Assembly (NCBI GenBank): GCA_964016885.1
Contig: OZ024741.1
Coordinates: 137,826,001 to 137,890,000 of the forward strand
DNA from: Eledone cirrhosa
Lineage: Eukaryota
Length of the DNA: 64,000 nt
Reading direction: 5' to 3'
The notes below the pieces were generated by a model. It worked only from the letters and a program-made list of their open reading frames with translations, was not told the DNA's origin and ran no database searches. The position numbers were made by a program, and so were the translations under genes. Below are positions 52,946 through 64,000 of the stretch, one piece after another. How positions within the stretch are numbered: the first letter of the stretch is position 1; each line of letters begins with the position of its first letter.

Positions 52946-54147
52946 ATGTATGTATATCATTACTTGAAATCTTGCTACAATCCAGATTAACAATAAATAA
53001 GACAAATAAGTCTTACAATGTCCGGTAAGGTATCCCCGGAGACGATAATAAATGTTAAGTCCCGCTGGCATTTGATTAAAAGACGAGCATATTTCCAAGT
53101 CTCCTCAATGTTTCTAAATATAACCAAACACTCCCCCTCTCACTCTCTCTCCCCTCTATCTATATATGTGTGTATGGGGGTGGATATGGCATACATATTA
53201 TCTATATGTATAATGAGTGTGTATCCACGTATGTATGTACGTATATAATTTGATAAGCATTTTGATAAGTGAATTGACATTTTTTTTCAACCTAATACTG
53301 CACTACACCACACACTCTCAAGCATAAACATTCATCAACTACAAATAGGCACACGTCATTTCTTATTTAATTCCGAAGACATAAAACTTCTAAAGTATTC
53401 GGTGTATTTGTTAAGCAATCGCTAGACATCTATAACGACTTCAAGACATCAATCTTGACTATGTTAATATAAATACTCCGAATCTTTGATTGAATTACCT
53501 GAATAATTGTTGTTACACTTGAGTTGTCTTTTTTTAACACAAAAGGTAGGAACATGAATAAAGAAAAAGAGAATTTACATCAGTAAATAGTACGTAGTTT
53601 AAGACAAATGAGATATGTTCCTTGTTCAAACCACATCAATAAAGAAATAAGAAGCTACATTCAAATTTGGAAAGACAAAAAACATAAAGACCATGTGAAA
53701 TTAAATAGCTTTGTAAACAGAATTTTTATTCCTGGGTAATTTTATGTCACTTGGTATATCTAGAAATTATGTCCATGACAGTATGAACGATTCCAAGCAC
53801 ACACAGGGGTATACACTCAACAACTTGCTCGTACACAGACACACATATATGCACCTACATTGTTACTCACAGACGCCATAAACATAATGGTACACAATAA
53901 CACTTCTATATATTAGTATGTATATCGGTATTGTATATCTAAGCTAACCGACAGTACTGTTATTACAAGGAAACATTAGAATTTGAATGATATATATATA
54001 TAAACTAGTAAATATACTACGCTATTCTATTTGTTTAGCTAGATTCTGTTTCAATTGTCTATTGAAACAGATTCGGTAATACTTTTCTTAAAACTCAACG
54101 AGGGCTCGTTTTAGTTGGCAGCATGACCCAAATACTTATGTGTATAC

Positions 54148-54223
<76 letters not shown>

Positions 54224-54228
<5 letters not shown>

Positions 54229-55808
54229 GTGATTTTCTCAGCTAGACAGCTTCAGGAGAAGTGCGTGGAAGTGCTTGGAACAGGGTTTGGATCTGTATAA
54301 GGTTTTTGTTGATCTGACAATAGCTTTCGATACTATTAACTGAAATGCATTCTGGAAGGATCTCCAGAAACTTGGTTGCCTGATAAGTTCCTTGTTTGGT
54401 TAGGTCTTTCCGTGATAGCATGAAGGCTTGGGTTAATGTCAGAGGTTACATGTCAGAGCCTATCTCAGTGAAAAATGGAGTGAAACAGAGGGATGTTCCA
54501 GCACGCACCGACCTTATTTGCCATATACTTTGTGATGGTTTTCTATATTGTATTCATGAATTGCGAGCATGGTGTTTACATATACTATCGAACCTCTGGC
54601 AGCATGCTTAATATCAGGCATTTTGGTGCAAAAACAAAATTATTTACCTCTATCATAAGAGACTTTTTGTATGCAGATTTGTATGATCTTGTAGTGTACA
54701 CAGAGATTGACATGCAACACATTTTGAATGCATTTTCTGATGCTGGCACTGCCCAAGGATTGTCTTTTAGTCTCAATAAAATCGTTGTCATGTATCAACC
54801 TGCCCTCGGCAAGCAATACAATGAATCAAATATCTATGTGTATGGTAAACGACTTGGAGGGGTTAATCAGTTTGTCTACCTGGGAAGCACTGTCAATCGA
54901 TACATCAATCTCGATAATGAAATTTCACACAGGATTAGGAAAGCAAGTGATGCTTTCAGAAATCTAGAAAGTGCCTCTGGGGTCGGCAAGACAGTTGCAA
55001 AAGACAAAGGTAAAGCTGTACAAGGTATGTGTGCTCTCTTCTCTTCTTTATGTCTGCGAGAGCTGTGTCACATATCGACACCACCTTAAACAGTTGGAAT
55101 GTTTCCATCAGATGTGTCTCGGACAGAACCAGGCGTTCATTGGAGGGACCACATAGAAGCTCTTGTGCTTAAGAAAGACTCCGATGGAGTGGTCACCTAG
55201 CCTGAATGGAGGATTCTAGGATATCAACTCTTTTATGGTGAGTTAGTTAAAGGAAAACGACCTCAACATAAACCATAAAATGGCTATAAGGATTCGTTGA
55301 AAGCCTCTTTGAAAGACACTAACATCTCTGCTGATACATGGGAAAGCGTAGCTGCTGAGCGTAGTAAATGGAGAAATACTGTACACGAGGGGGAAAGTTG
55401 CTTTTGAAGCATCTCGAATCGGATACGAGAAGGTAAAAAGGGATGTCACAAAAGGCATTGCTGTTACATTTCCAGGCAGCAAAGGTCCTCCTATGGCACT
55501 GACATGCAGTGTCTGTGCAAGACTCTGCCTAAGCAAAGCTGGACATAAAAGTCATCTTCGCAATCATAAAGTGAGAACAGTGGTTGACTACCAGGCTGCT
55601 GTTAGAGATGCTACTCATCATACCCGTCAAACATGTGGAAAAGAGTGTAGATCGGCAGCAGGGCTCAAACGACATGCAAAAGTACATGAAACCCACCCAC
55701 AGCCGGATATTGCCAGTGAATATTTTTATCATGGTTGTCAAATTTTTGCAAGACATTTAAGATCATTGGGTGAACTAAAAAGCCGCATTCGATGGCAGCA
55801 CTGTTGAT
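54224..55808 (+). mobile_element. 5'-truncated RTE/BovB-type LINE between (TA)n tracts
   Basis: IFSARQLQEKC, VFVDLTIAFD, KLGC, VKNGVKQ..VPAPTLFAIYF, GVYIYYRTSG..LNIRHF.AKTK, DFLYAD, FVYLGS, LDNEI.HRI.KAS.AF, LLYVCES; C-terminal CxxC...H motifs. Confidence 0.9.
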
Positions 55809-55912
55809 TATTAATATATATATATATATTATATATATATTATATATATATATATATATATATTCCAATTCCAACCCGCCCGACACTTCAATCCACCTTA
55901 TTTCTCATTCTT

Positions 55913-55948
55913 TCTTCTGATGAAGGACTAGCGTTAGAAATGTTAAGA
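55913..55948 (+). ncRNA. Degenerate minimal HHR (family of 12821)
   Basis: TCTT-CTGATGA-AGGACTAGCGTTA-GAAA-TG-TTA-AGA; stem II is decayed. Confidence 0.55.
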
Positions 55949-57023
55949 CTTTCTTCCTGCTATTTCAAGCCTTAAACTAATATATTTCTTCCATGCACTG
56001 GGTCGTTTGTTTTGTTATTTTCGTTATTGCTTTTACACCCCCCACACACACACACACACCACCACCACACACACACACATATATATATATATATGAGAGA
56101 GCGAGAGAGAGAGAATGGTCTACAGTATTCGTCCCCCTCATTGCGCGCTCTGAGTTCTAATCCCGGCGAGGTCGAAAAAAAAGTGCCAGTGCAGTACTGG
56201 GGTCAATTCTTCCTCTATAGAAAAAATCGGCTGTGTTCAGACCTCGATAGGTTTGGGCTCCGCCAGGTTTAAATGTGCCCTAGACACGCAGGAGTTATGG
56301 GATCGTTATCCTTATATATATATATAACATTCTTATAAACACCAGTAATGCACTGGAATCGATTTAATCGACCTTGCGCTCCCCTTCAAATTGCTGACAT
56401 TGTGTCTAAAGTAGAAACAATTATTGCTTAATTCAATTTTCGTATTAATGTGGCACGTTAGTTGGTTTGACACCCTTAAACAGCGTGTCACTAATAATAT
56501 TTTCCCTTATTCAAATATAACAGAATTTTGCTCAAAAGATAAACCATTTTATTTGGAAGTGATAATCACACTCTCTTGCGGGAAACGAAATGAAATGTTT
56601 CAATGAATGTATGAGATAAACATGTGAAAAGTTAATCTATTTTTAAATGTAAATCTAAGTAAATTATTTTTTCTTGTTTAAAGACAAAAATAATTTATTT
56701 CCTTTGTTCATGCTTCTCACTATATGTTGTAACTTTCTATTATTCTTCATCCGCTGTATAGTCATACTGTTTATCCTTAAATAGGTTTATTTACAATAGT
56801 TTATACCTTTGCCTATTAATCTGTATGGTGAGCAAATGGGGTCCCACGAGCTGGAGAAGGCGTTTCCCCGGAGGATAGAGAAGGCGTTTCCCGGAGGATG
56901 GTAAGGGAGATGCGCTGGAAGAGCCATTCCAACTCGCGAGGCTCACACCTGCGGATGGCTAGCTCAAAACAATATCTATGTATGATATATATATATGTTT
57001 ATAAATATATATATAAACATATA

Positions 57024-57069
<46 letters not shown>

Positions 57070-57172
57070 CATATATATATGTATATGTATGTATGTATTT
57101 TTTCCTATTACCCACTCTAATACCCTAAGTGTTGAGTACTGGTCCATCTGGTTCCTTACCACACCCCCTTCG

Positions 57173-57211
<39 letters not shown>

Positions 57212-57265
57212 TATGCATACACACATATATGTATGTATGTATGTAATTATATATATATATATATA

Positions 57266-57732
57266 TTAAAAAGAAATAGGATTTCGCTTCAAACATAGCT
57301 TTATACAATATGTATAAATATTTCGTATATCCCCCAAAATACGGTTTTAGGAAGCCGTAGCTATACAAGCACCGGAGGGCTAACGCCCTCTGGCGATGTC
57401 CAGCAGAAGCAAGGAGGACAACCGTCTATGCATTTCAGGCTTAATTGGCCTTCGTCAGGACGGTTCCTACCACCGATTGCGACTGCTGGACTAGAAGACG
57501 GGCGAGAATATATACTTTTCTCGTCTGTGCAAATGAGGTGATTAATCTCATTTGCATATGAAGCTGCATAAGTTGGCTCAACTTATAATAAAAAAGAAAT
57601 AGGATTTCGCTTCAAGCATAGCTTTATACAATATGTATAAATATTTCGTATATCCAAAGAAATACGGTTTTAGGAAGCCGTAGCTATGCAAACGCCGGGG
57701 GGCTACCGCCCCTTGAAGCGAAATCCTATTTC
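57266..57732 (-). mobile_element. Partial-tandem PLE-type mini element: two ~125-bp direct repeats around an HHR, plus a 21-bp terminal inversion
   Basis: 57268-57389 matches 57590-57711. 57712-57732 is the reverse complement of 57596-57616. Abuts (TA)n. Confidence 0.8.
57420..57465 (-). ncRNA. Minimal type I hammerhead ribozyme, fully canonical
   Basis: Minus strand: AACCGTC-CTGACGA-AGGC-CAATTAA-GCCT-GAAA-TGCA-TA-GACGGTT. Confidence 0.92.
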
Positions 57733-57734
57733 CT

Positions 57735-58137
57735 ACAATTAAGGACAAAATGAAAACACACACACACATAGAACAAACAACCAAACAGTAACATGTAAAT
57801 AAACAAATAAATAAACAAATATAAACAATCACAGACACCCGGATGTAACACATGCGCAAACTAAGCACACAACACACACAAAAACAAGATGGCGTAGGAC
57901 AGAACAAAGGAGAGGCACAAAAACAAAGAAAATAATCCCCAGTCACTGAAGAGGTCACAGAATGAGTGACAAAAGAACTTTGACAATATATGAACAATCG
58001 TCTGGTTGTGGAACCAACCAACCAACCGGAAATTTATAAATTCCTAAATTTATAAATTTATTATAATAAATTGAAGTGAAAGCAATTGGTGCGTGTGTTT
58101 CTTATTGGCAACATGACCCTCCCAAAGTATAACAATA
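57735..58137 (+). mobile_element. PLE-type unit with a degenerate HHR (57942-57984)
   Basis: GTCA-CTGAAGA-GGTCAC-AGAATGA-GTGAC-AAAA-GAAC-TT-TGAC (G of GAAA lost). Tail is homologous to 8662-8700 and 10690-10720; ends at (TA)n. Confidence 0.6.
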
Positions 58138-58172
58138 TATATATACATACATATACGCATATATATATATAT

Positions 58173-58356
58173 AATTGTTTCTACTTTTGGCACAAGTCGA
58201 GCAATTACCCAGTGCATTACTGGTACTTTATTTTATCGACCCCGTAAGGATGAAAGGCAAAGTTAACCTCGGCAGGATTTGAACACAGAATGGCAAGGGC
58301 CGTAACTCTGTGCGTCAAGGCATGGCGTCCGGTTCTCTACCGATACTGCCAATCCA
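58173..58356 (-). mobile_element. tRNA-derived SINE (subfamily matching 1-155)
   Basis: Shares the AATGGCAAGGGCCGTAACTCT variant with the copy at 1-155. Confidence 0.92.
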
Positions 58357-58872
58357 TCAATGATACAACGATACAATGATAGTGAATTTAATACAACACA
58401 ATGCTATTCACGAACCCAAGTAAACGTTCTTCCTAAACCTACACTACACTGGCTACAACACATGAAGTAAAAACTAATAACTATGGTTCAAAACCTTAAT
58501 CAAACACTTCTAGTATAACAACAACCAGCCAGTAACAATATTTGTTATGATGACGATGGACGTCTTCAGGCTGCAGCTCTCATATTATGTGGTTTCTATA
58601 TATTTATACTTGAATTCAATTCATCATATAAAATATTGTGAGCTTCTAATATGGGTGCAATACACGAATTGATATATGTTGCTATAAACCGCTGTTTATT
58701 GCAGATATATGTATTATATTAGTTTATCATGGTCGAGGAGAAATATTCTATTATATTCTGATATAAACTTTATACAGAAAATCACATGAGATTTTTGTTT
58801 TGCCTGATTTTAATTAAACGTTTCTTTTTACTGCAAATATGAAATATGACCTTAGTTATTTACTGTATATGC

Positions 58873-58904
<32 letters not shown>

Positions 58905-58951
58905 ATGTGTGTGTTTGTGTGTGTGTGTATGTATGCGTATATATGTATGCA

Positions 58952-59046
<95 letters not shown>

Positions 59047-59243
59047 AGTGAGTGTATGTGTGAGTATTAGGAATATTACCTTACTTCATAACAATATCCT
59101 TTGTCTGCTTAAAGAGAGCTATAAATTAAAAGATATATCCTTTTTGTAGGTCCAGTCATATATTTATTATCTTTTGGAATGTGTTCTAGACTTTATTTTA
59201 GAGGTCAACAATTTATTAATTCCACACACACACACACACACAC

Positions 59244-59280
<37 letters not shown>

Positions 59281-60543
59281 ACACACACACACATACCTAC
59301 ATACACACACGCACACGCCCACACAAACAAACACAGACACAAAACACACACACACATACACACATTTTTCCTTTTCTCTTTAACTTTAACACATCATTCT
59401 CTTTATGTGATCAAATGCATCTGTGAGCCAACTCTTAAATTAACACTAACATTACCATACTTCTAATAAAATACATTAAGCATGATTCTTCAATTAATTT
59501 TGAAATTAATCAAAAAGTTTGTGGGACTTTGTAATATAACTAAATTTCTGGTTAGTTATATTCAGCTTGAATATAACAAGGGATTTTACATAAAACAATG
59601 TCGTAAGGCTTATAGATAAATATAAACATTAAACTGTTCCATTATATTATTTCTAATGAAAGAGATTGCCTGCAATGTTGTATTAACTCTGAAAATAAAG
59701 ACACATTTTTGTAGGTTTCAGTAATATAACTCACGCTTTAATATTTGGAGTATAAACTTATAATAGAACGTTTAAATTTATATATGAGCATTTTCAAACA
59801 CAGCTTTCAGTCAGAGAAGGTGGGCCGGTTTTAGACGGGCTACTATGAAAGGGTTAAGCAAAGCTTTATGGTGCTGTTGTATTTAGCACGTATCAGTGTC
59901 TTCTCATGAAAATATATCCATTGTGGTCTTTCATCATTTTATAATAACAGTATTTGGAGAGAATGACAGTTATGCAGCATAAACATCTCGGATCAAAATT
60001 AACTTATTGATTTCTAATAAGTTGCTTTACATAATATAAGTGGTCAATTTGATGAGCAAAGGTTTGGTATTATATGGTTGAAGTTTATGGTCCGAATAAT
60101 TAAACGAAAGCCAGAAGATCAATTGATAGATCGTGTATAGTTTTACCATGGCAAATATTTACATTCAGGAGGAAAATACTTTACAGAAATTTGACGAAAG
60201 TTTTAAAGTTTTAAATGGACAATTTATGTTTAATATATTAGGAGGAGGAGAAGACAAAGATGTAAAGTACAATTGGAAATTAAAGTTTAGATGGGATCTG
60301 GTTAGTAACCATGTTATGTAACACGTTACAAGCACATTCAGTATCTCTCTACTACAGTAGCCTAGATTTGCTCAATGTCCTGTCATGTTCAAACTGTATA
60401 AGTTTGTTATTTACAGACTTCTGCAGTTATAACCTATCGAACATTCCAGACGAGACAACTATTTCACTAAACGACATATGCTCATATAACTTATATCAGT
60501 CAGTCTCTCTATATACTTTGGGTATATATATACGTATATATAT

Positions 60544-60624
<81 letters not shown>

Positions 60625-60625
60625 C

Positions 60626-60721
<96 letters not shown>

Positions 60722-60727
60722 CTAACA

Positions 60728-60782
<55 letters not shown>

Positions 60783-60836
60783 GTGAGGTTTTTTTACAAA
60801 ATGAAAAATAACTGAGGTGTCCTACACTAGTGAAAG

Positions 60837-62563
60837 TATAAAGAAAAAAAATGTAATCGAAAATGCAACTGGAGTCTTATTTAAAAAAAAAAAAAATTTA
60901 TCGGTTCCTTTACCGGTTTTGCAGTTCTTCTGCTTTTCAAAAGTAGAATTGAGATGGAGGGTCTGTGGTTTTTCTCACATCTGGTTGGTCTTTGAATGTT
61001 ACTTGTTTTATATGGAAAAAAGTGGCTCGAAACGCCATGGTTTTTAGAGAAGTAATTTGATTGATTGGTCAATAAGTATAATAAATTCCGCGCCAGTTCG
61101 CGTTACAAAGTACTTCAAACAAGAGAGGGGGGGGGGGGGGGGCAGATTGTTTTTTCATATATGAGTGTTTGAATTTCTTTTTACTTAAAAGTGGGGGCTC
61201 ACGAAGGCTTTTTTTAAATAAATATAATTTGATTGGTTATAAATGAAATTATGCTGTCACGTGAACATGTTCATCAAATGTACGCGCCCGTATTTTGGAA
61301 TTTATTTTGTAGCCTTTTAGAGAATGTTATGACAAACAAAAGATAATGGTCAAGAGAAATGGGATGGGAGAATTGTTCTGGTTTAGTGAATATAGCAGGT
61401 TGTTTTTCATATATGAGTGGAGATTGGTTGGTTGATGTAGTCACGTGAATAAGTATATCACCTTTCGCGTAAGTTTGTTTGAATTTCTTTTTACTTTAAA
61501 AAAAAAGTGGCTCACGAAGGGTTTTTTTAAATAAATATAATTTGATTGGTTATATATGAAATTATGACTGTCATGTGAACAAATTCATTAAATATGGCTG
61601 GTTCGCTGGGGTGTCAGAATTCAGATTTTCTATTGAAATAAAGAAAGTAAAGATATGTATGTTTATTTGTGTGCTTGTGTGTGTGTATAGGAAGATGATT
61701 CTATTAGTAGAAATGGGGGCGGGTGTTGTGTGTGTGTATATGGGTGTTATGTGTCTGTGTGTGAGTGGGAGTATGTTAAGATGGAGAGAATATATATATT
61801 TTGTGTGTGTGTATATGTGTGTAGGAAAATGATTCGATTAGTATAAATGGGGGAGGAAATTGTGTATGTGTGTGTGTGTGGGGGGGGGGGAGGTTATGTG
61901 TGTGTATGGGTGTTATGTGTGTGTGGGAGTATGGTTAGCATGTTAAGATGAAGAGAATATATATTGTGTGTGTGTAGAAAAATAAGTAAGGAAAATATAT
62001 TTATTCAAAAATATTCCTACTAAAGGAATCATTTTCCTACACACACACACACACAATATATATATTCTCTTCATCTTAACATGCTAACCATACTCCCACA
62101 CATAACATCCACCCCCATCCACACACATAACATCCACGCCCATCCACACACACACAACTCCCTCCCCCATTTATACTAATAGAATCACTTTCCTACACAC
62201 ATATACACACAGACAAAATATATATATTCTCTCCATCTTAACATACTCCAACACACACTCACACACAAATAAACATACATATCTTTACTTTCTTTATTTC
62301 AATAGAAAATCTGAATTCTGACACCCCAGTGAACCAGCCATATTCACTGAACCAGGCCAATTCTCCCATCCCATTTCTCTTGACCATTATCTTTTGCTTG
62401 TCATAAAATTCTCTAAAAGGCTACAAAATACATTCCCAAATACCGGCGCGAAATTTAATGAACTTGTTCACGTGATAGTCATAATTTCATTTATAACCAA
62501 TCGAATTATATTTGTTAATAAAAAGCCTTCGTGAGCCACTTTTTTTTCGATTTCACCTTTTTT

Positions 62564-62570
<7 letters not shown>
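60837..62570. mobile_element. Large fold-back element with internally duplicated arms
   Basis: 61593-61980 inverts to ~62030-62342, and 61190-61392 inverts to 62341-62545. Termini TATAAAGAAAAAA..G.AATCGAAAA are inverted. 61145-61280 is duplicated at 61400-61592. Confidence 0.8.
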
Positions 62571-62597
<27 letters not shown>

Positions 62598-62699
62598 GAT
62601 ACATACATACATATATATATATACATATATAAACGATATATATATATATATACATATATAAACGATACATACATCTCTCCCTCTCTCTGCCTATCTCTC

Positions 62700-62825
<126 letters not shown>

Positions 62826-62920
62826 AACGATACATACATACATATATATATATATAGTGGTAGAACACTGGAAGGTGATATCCGTAGTGGCAGAGCACTC
62901 AGTCCATGGGAAGAGTTAGG

Positions 62921-63066
62921 TAGAAGTGGTTACACAACAGTTAGTTCACCGGACCGAGAACAATTGTTTCACCTTAGCGGATCCTCAGCTCGTCTATTAC
63001 GAGCTGAGGAGCCGCTAAGGTGAAACAATTGTTCTCGGTCCGGTGAACTAACTGTTGTGTAACCAC

Positions 63067-63071
<5 letters not shown>
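62921..63071. repeat. 73-bp-arm palindrome (one mismatch, 5-nt spacer)
   Basis: Arms 62921-62993 and 62999-63071; spacer CTATT. Confidence 0.95.
63000..63037 (+). ncRNA. Minimal HHR, with a mirror copy on the minus strand at 62955-62992
   Basis: CGAG-CTGAGGA-GCC-GCTAA-GGT-GAAA-CAATTG-TT-CTCG. Confidence 0.85.
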
Positions 63072-63104
<33 letters not shown>

Positions 63105-63111
<7 letters not shown>

Positions 63112-63366
63112 GAGTGCGACAAATGCAGCAAGTTCTACGTAGGTAGCACCACCAGACCACTTCACATAAGAATAAAAGAACACCTCAATACTAACTCTTC
63201 CTTATTTCTAGTGAAATGCAAAAACATTGACAAAAACATAACAGTTAGCATAGAAACTAAGGAAAGAAACCTCGGCAATCTTAGAATTAAGGAAGCACTG
63301 ATTATAGACAAAACACAACCACCAATCAACAATAGACTAGAACTCAACACCCAATTTATAACTTGA
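63105..63366 (+). pseudogene. GIY-YIG endonuclease fragment of a 5'-truncated Penelope-like element
   Basis: YLECDKCSKFYVGSTTRPLHIRIKEH...LRIKEALII....PPINNRLE. Confidence 0.9.
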
Positions 63367-63915
63367 TAGAGCACCTAGCCCCACACTTACACCCTTCTCT
63401 CACACACACGCACACGCACACGCACGCACACACACACACACGCACACGATTACACCTCCACTTATTATCTCTCACACACACACATACACACACAAAGACC
63501 AGTTTTAACATGATAGAGCATCTAGCCCCCACATTTACGTATAGACATATCTTCTCACACTCACACGCACACACACACACGCATACTTACGCCTTCACGT
63601 ATTCTCCGACACACTTAAACATACATGTACAAAACCCCTTTTAAAGGGAGACTACTCTTTATCCACCTAACCTTCACTCTTTGACATTAGAGATAGAAAG
63701 GAATCTGTATACCATTTCCTGTCAGCATGACTTGGCAAGCTATTTAGAACACTGGATTAACCACTTTACTTCCCTCCGAAAAAGATATATTATCTCGAAA
63801 ATTAAGGATATTTAAATAAATTTAAGGTAAAAGACTAATTGTCAACAATATCTTTTGCATTTGCATTTATATTCTATATCCATACCTCCATTGTCTTGGC
63901 CTTACAACTACAAAC

Positions 63916-63981
<66 letters not shown>

Positions 63982-64000
63982 TTTTTTAATTTGTTTTGCA

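Noticed and set aside
59810-60320. AAAGGGTTAA piggyBac-like end and faint APE-like words (VYGPNN, ILGG)
   Set aside because: No matching second terminus was found, and the peptide similarity is too weak to call.

Overview
AT-rich, microsatellite-saturated animal DNA that is almost entirely transposon-derived. The SINE, LINE and Penelope content suggests a cephalopod such as Octopus (inference). No intact host gene can be supported. Most of the supplied ORFs are artefacts of (TA)n, (CA)n, (GA)n and (TATG)n tracts. Recognisable elements: two near-full-length, decayed L1/Tx1-clade LINEs plus a short third copy; two R4/Dong-clade RLE LINEs, one cleanly interrupted by a deleted Helitron; three RTE fragments; a Penelope-like element (PLE) with RT and inverted plus direct pLTRs; two GIY-YIG fragments; about ten tRNA-derived SINE copies; and several fold-back/TIR elements. 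The most striking signal the ORF track does not show is about 20 hammerhead-ribozyme (HHR) motifs, intact or degenerate, on both strands. They sit in short (TA)n-abutting PLE-type units. They include a palindrome with an HHR on each strand, fold-backs that invert at ribozyme stem II, a family with a ~60-nt stem II, and a U3-A8 core variant. Each retroelement family also appears to occupy its own microsatellite: (TATC)n, (AAT)n, (TATG)n or (TA)n. All calls were made by eye, and coordinates of decayed elements are approximate.
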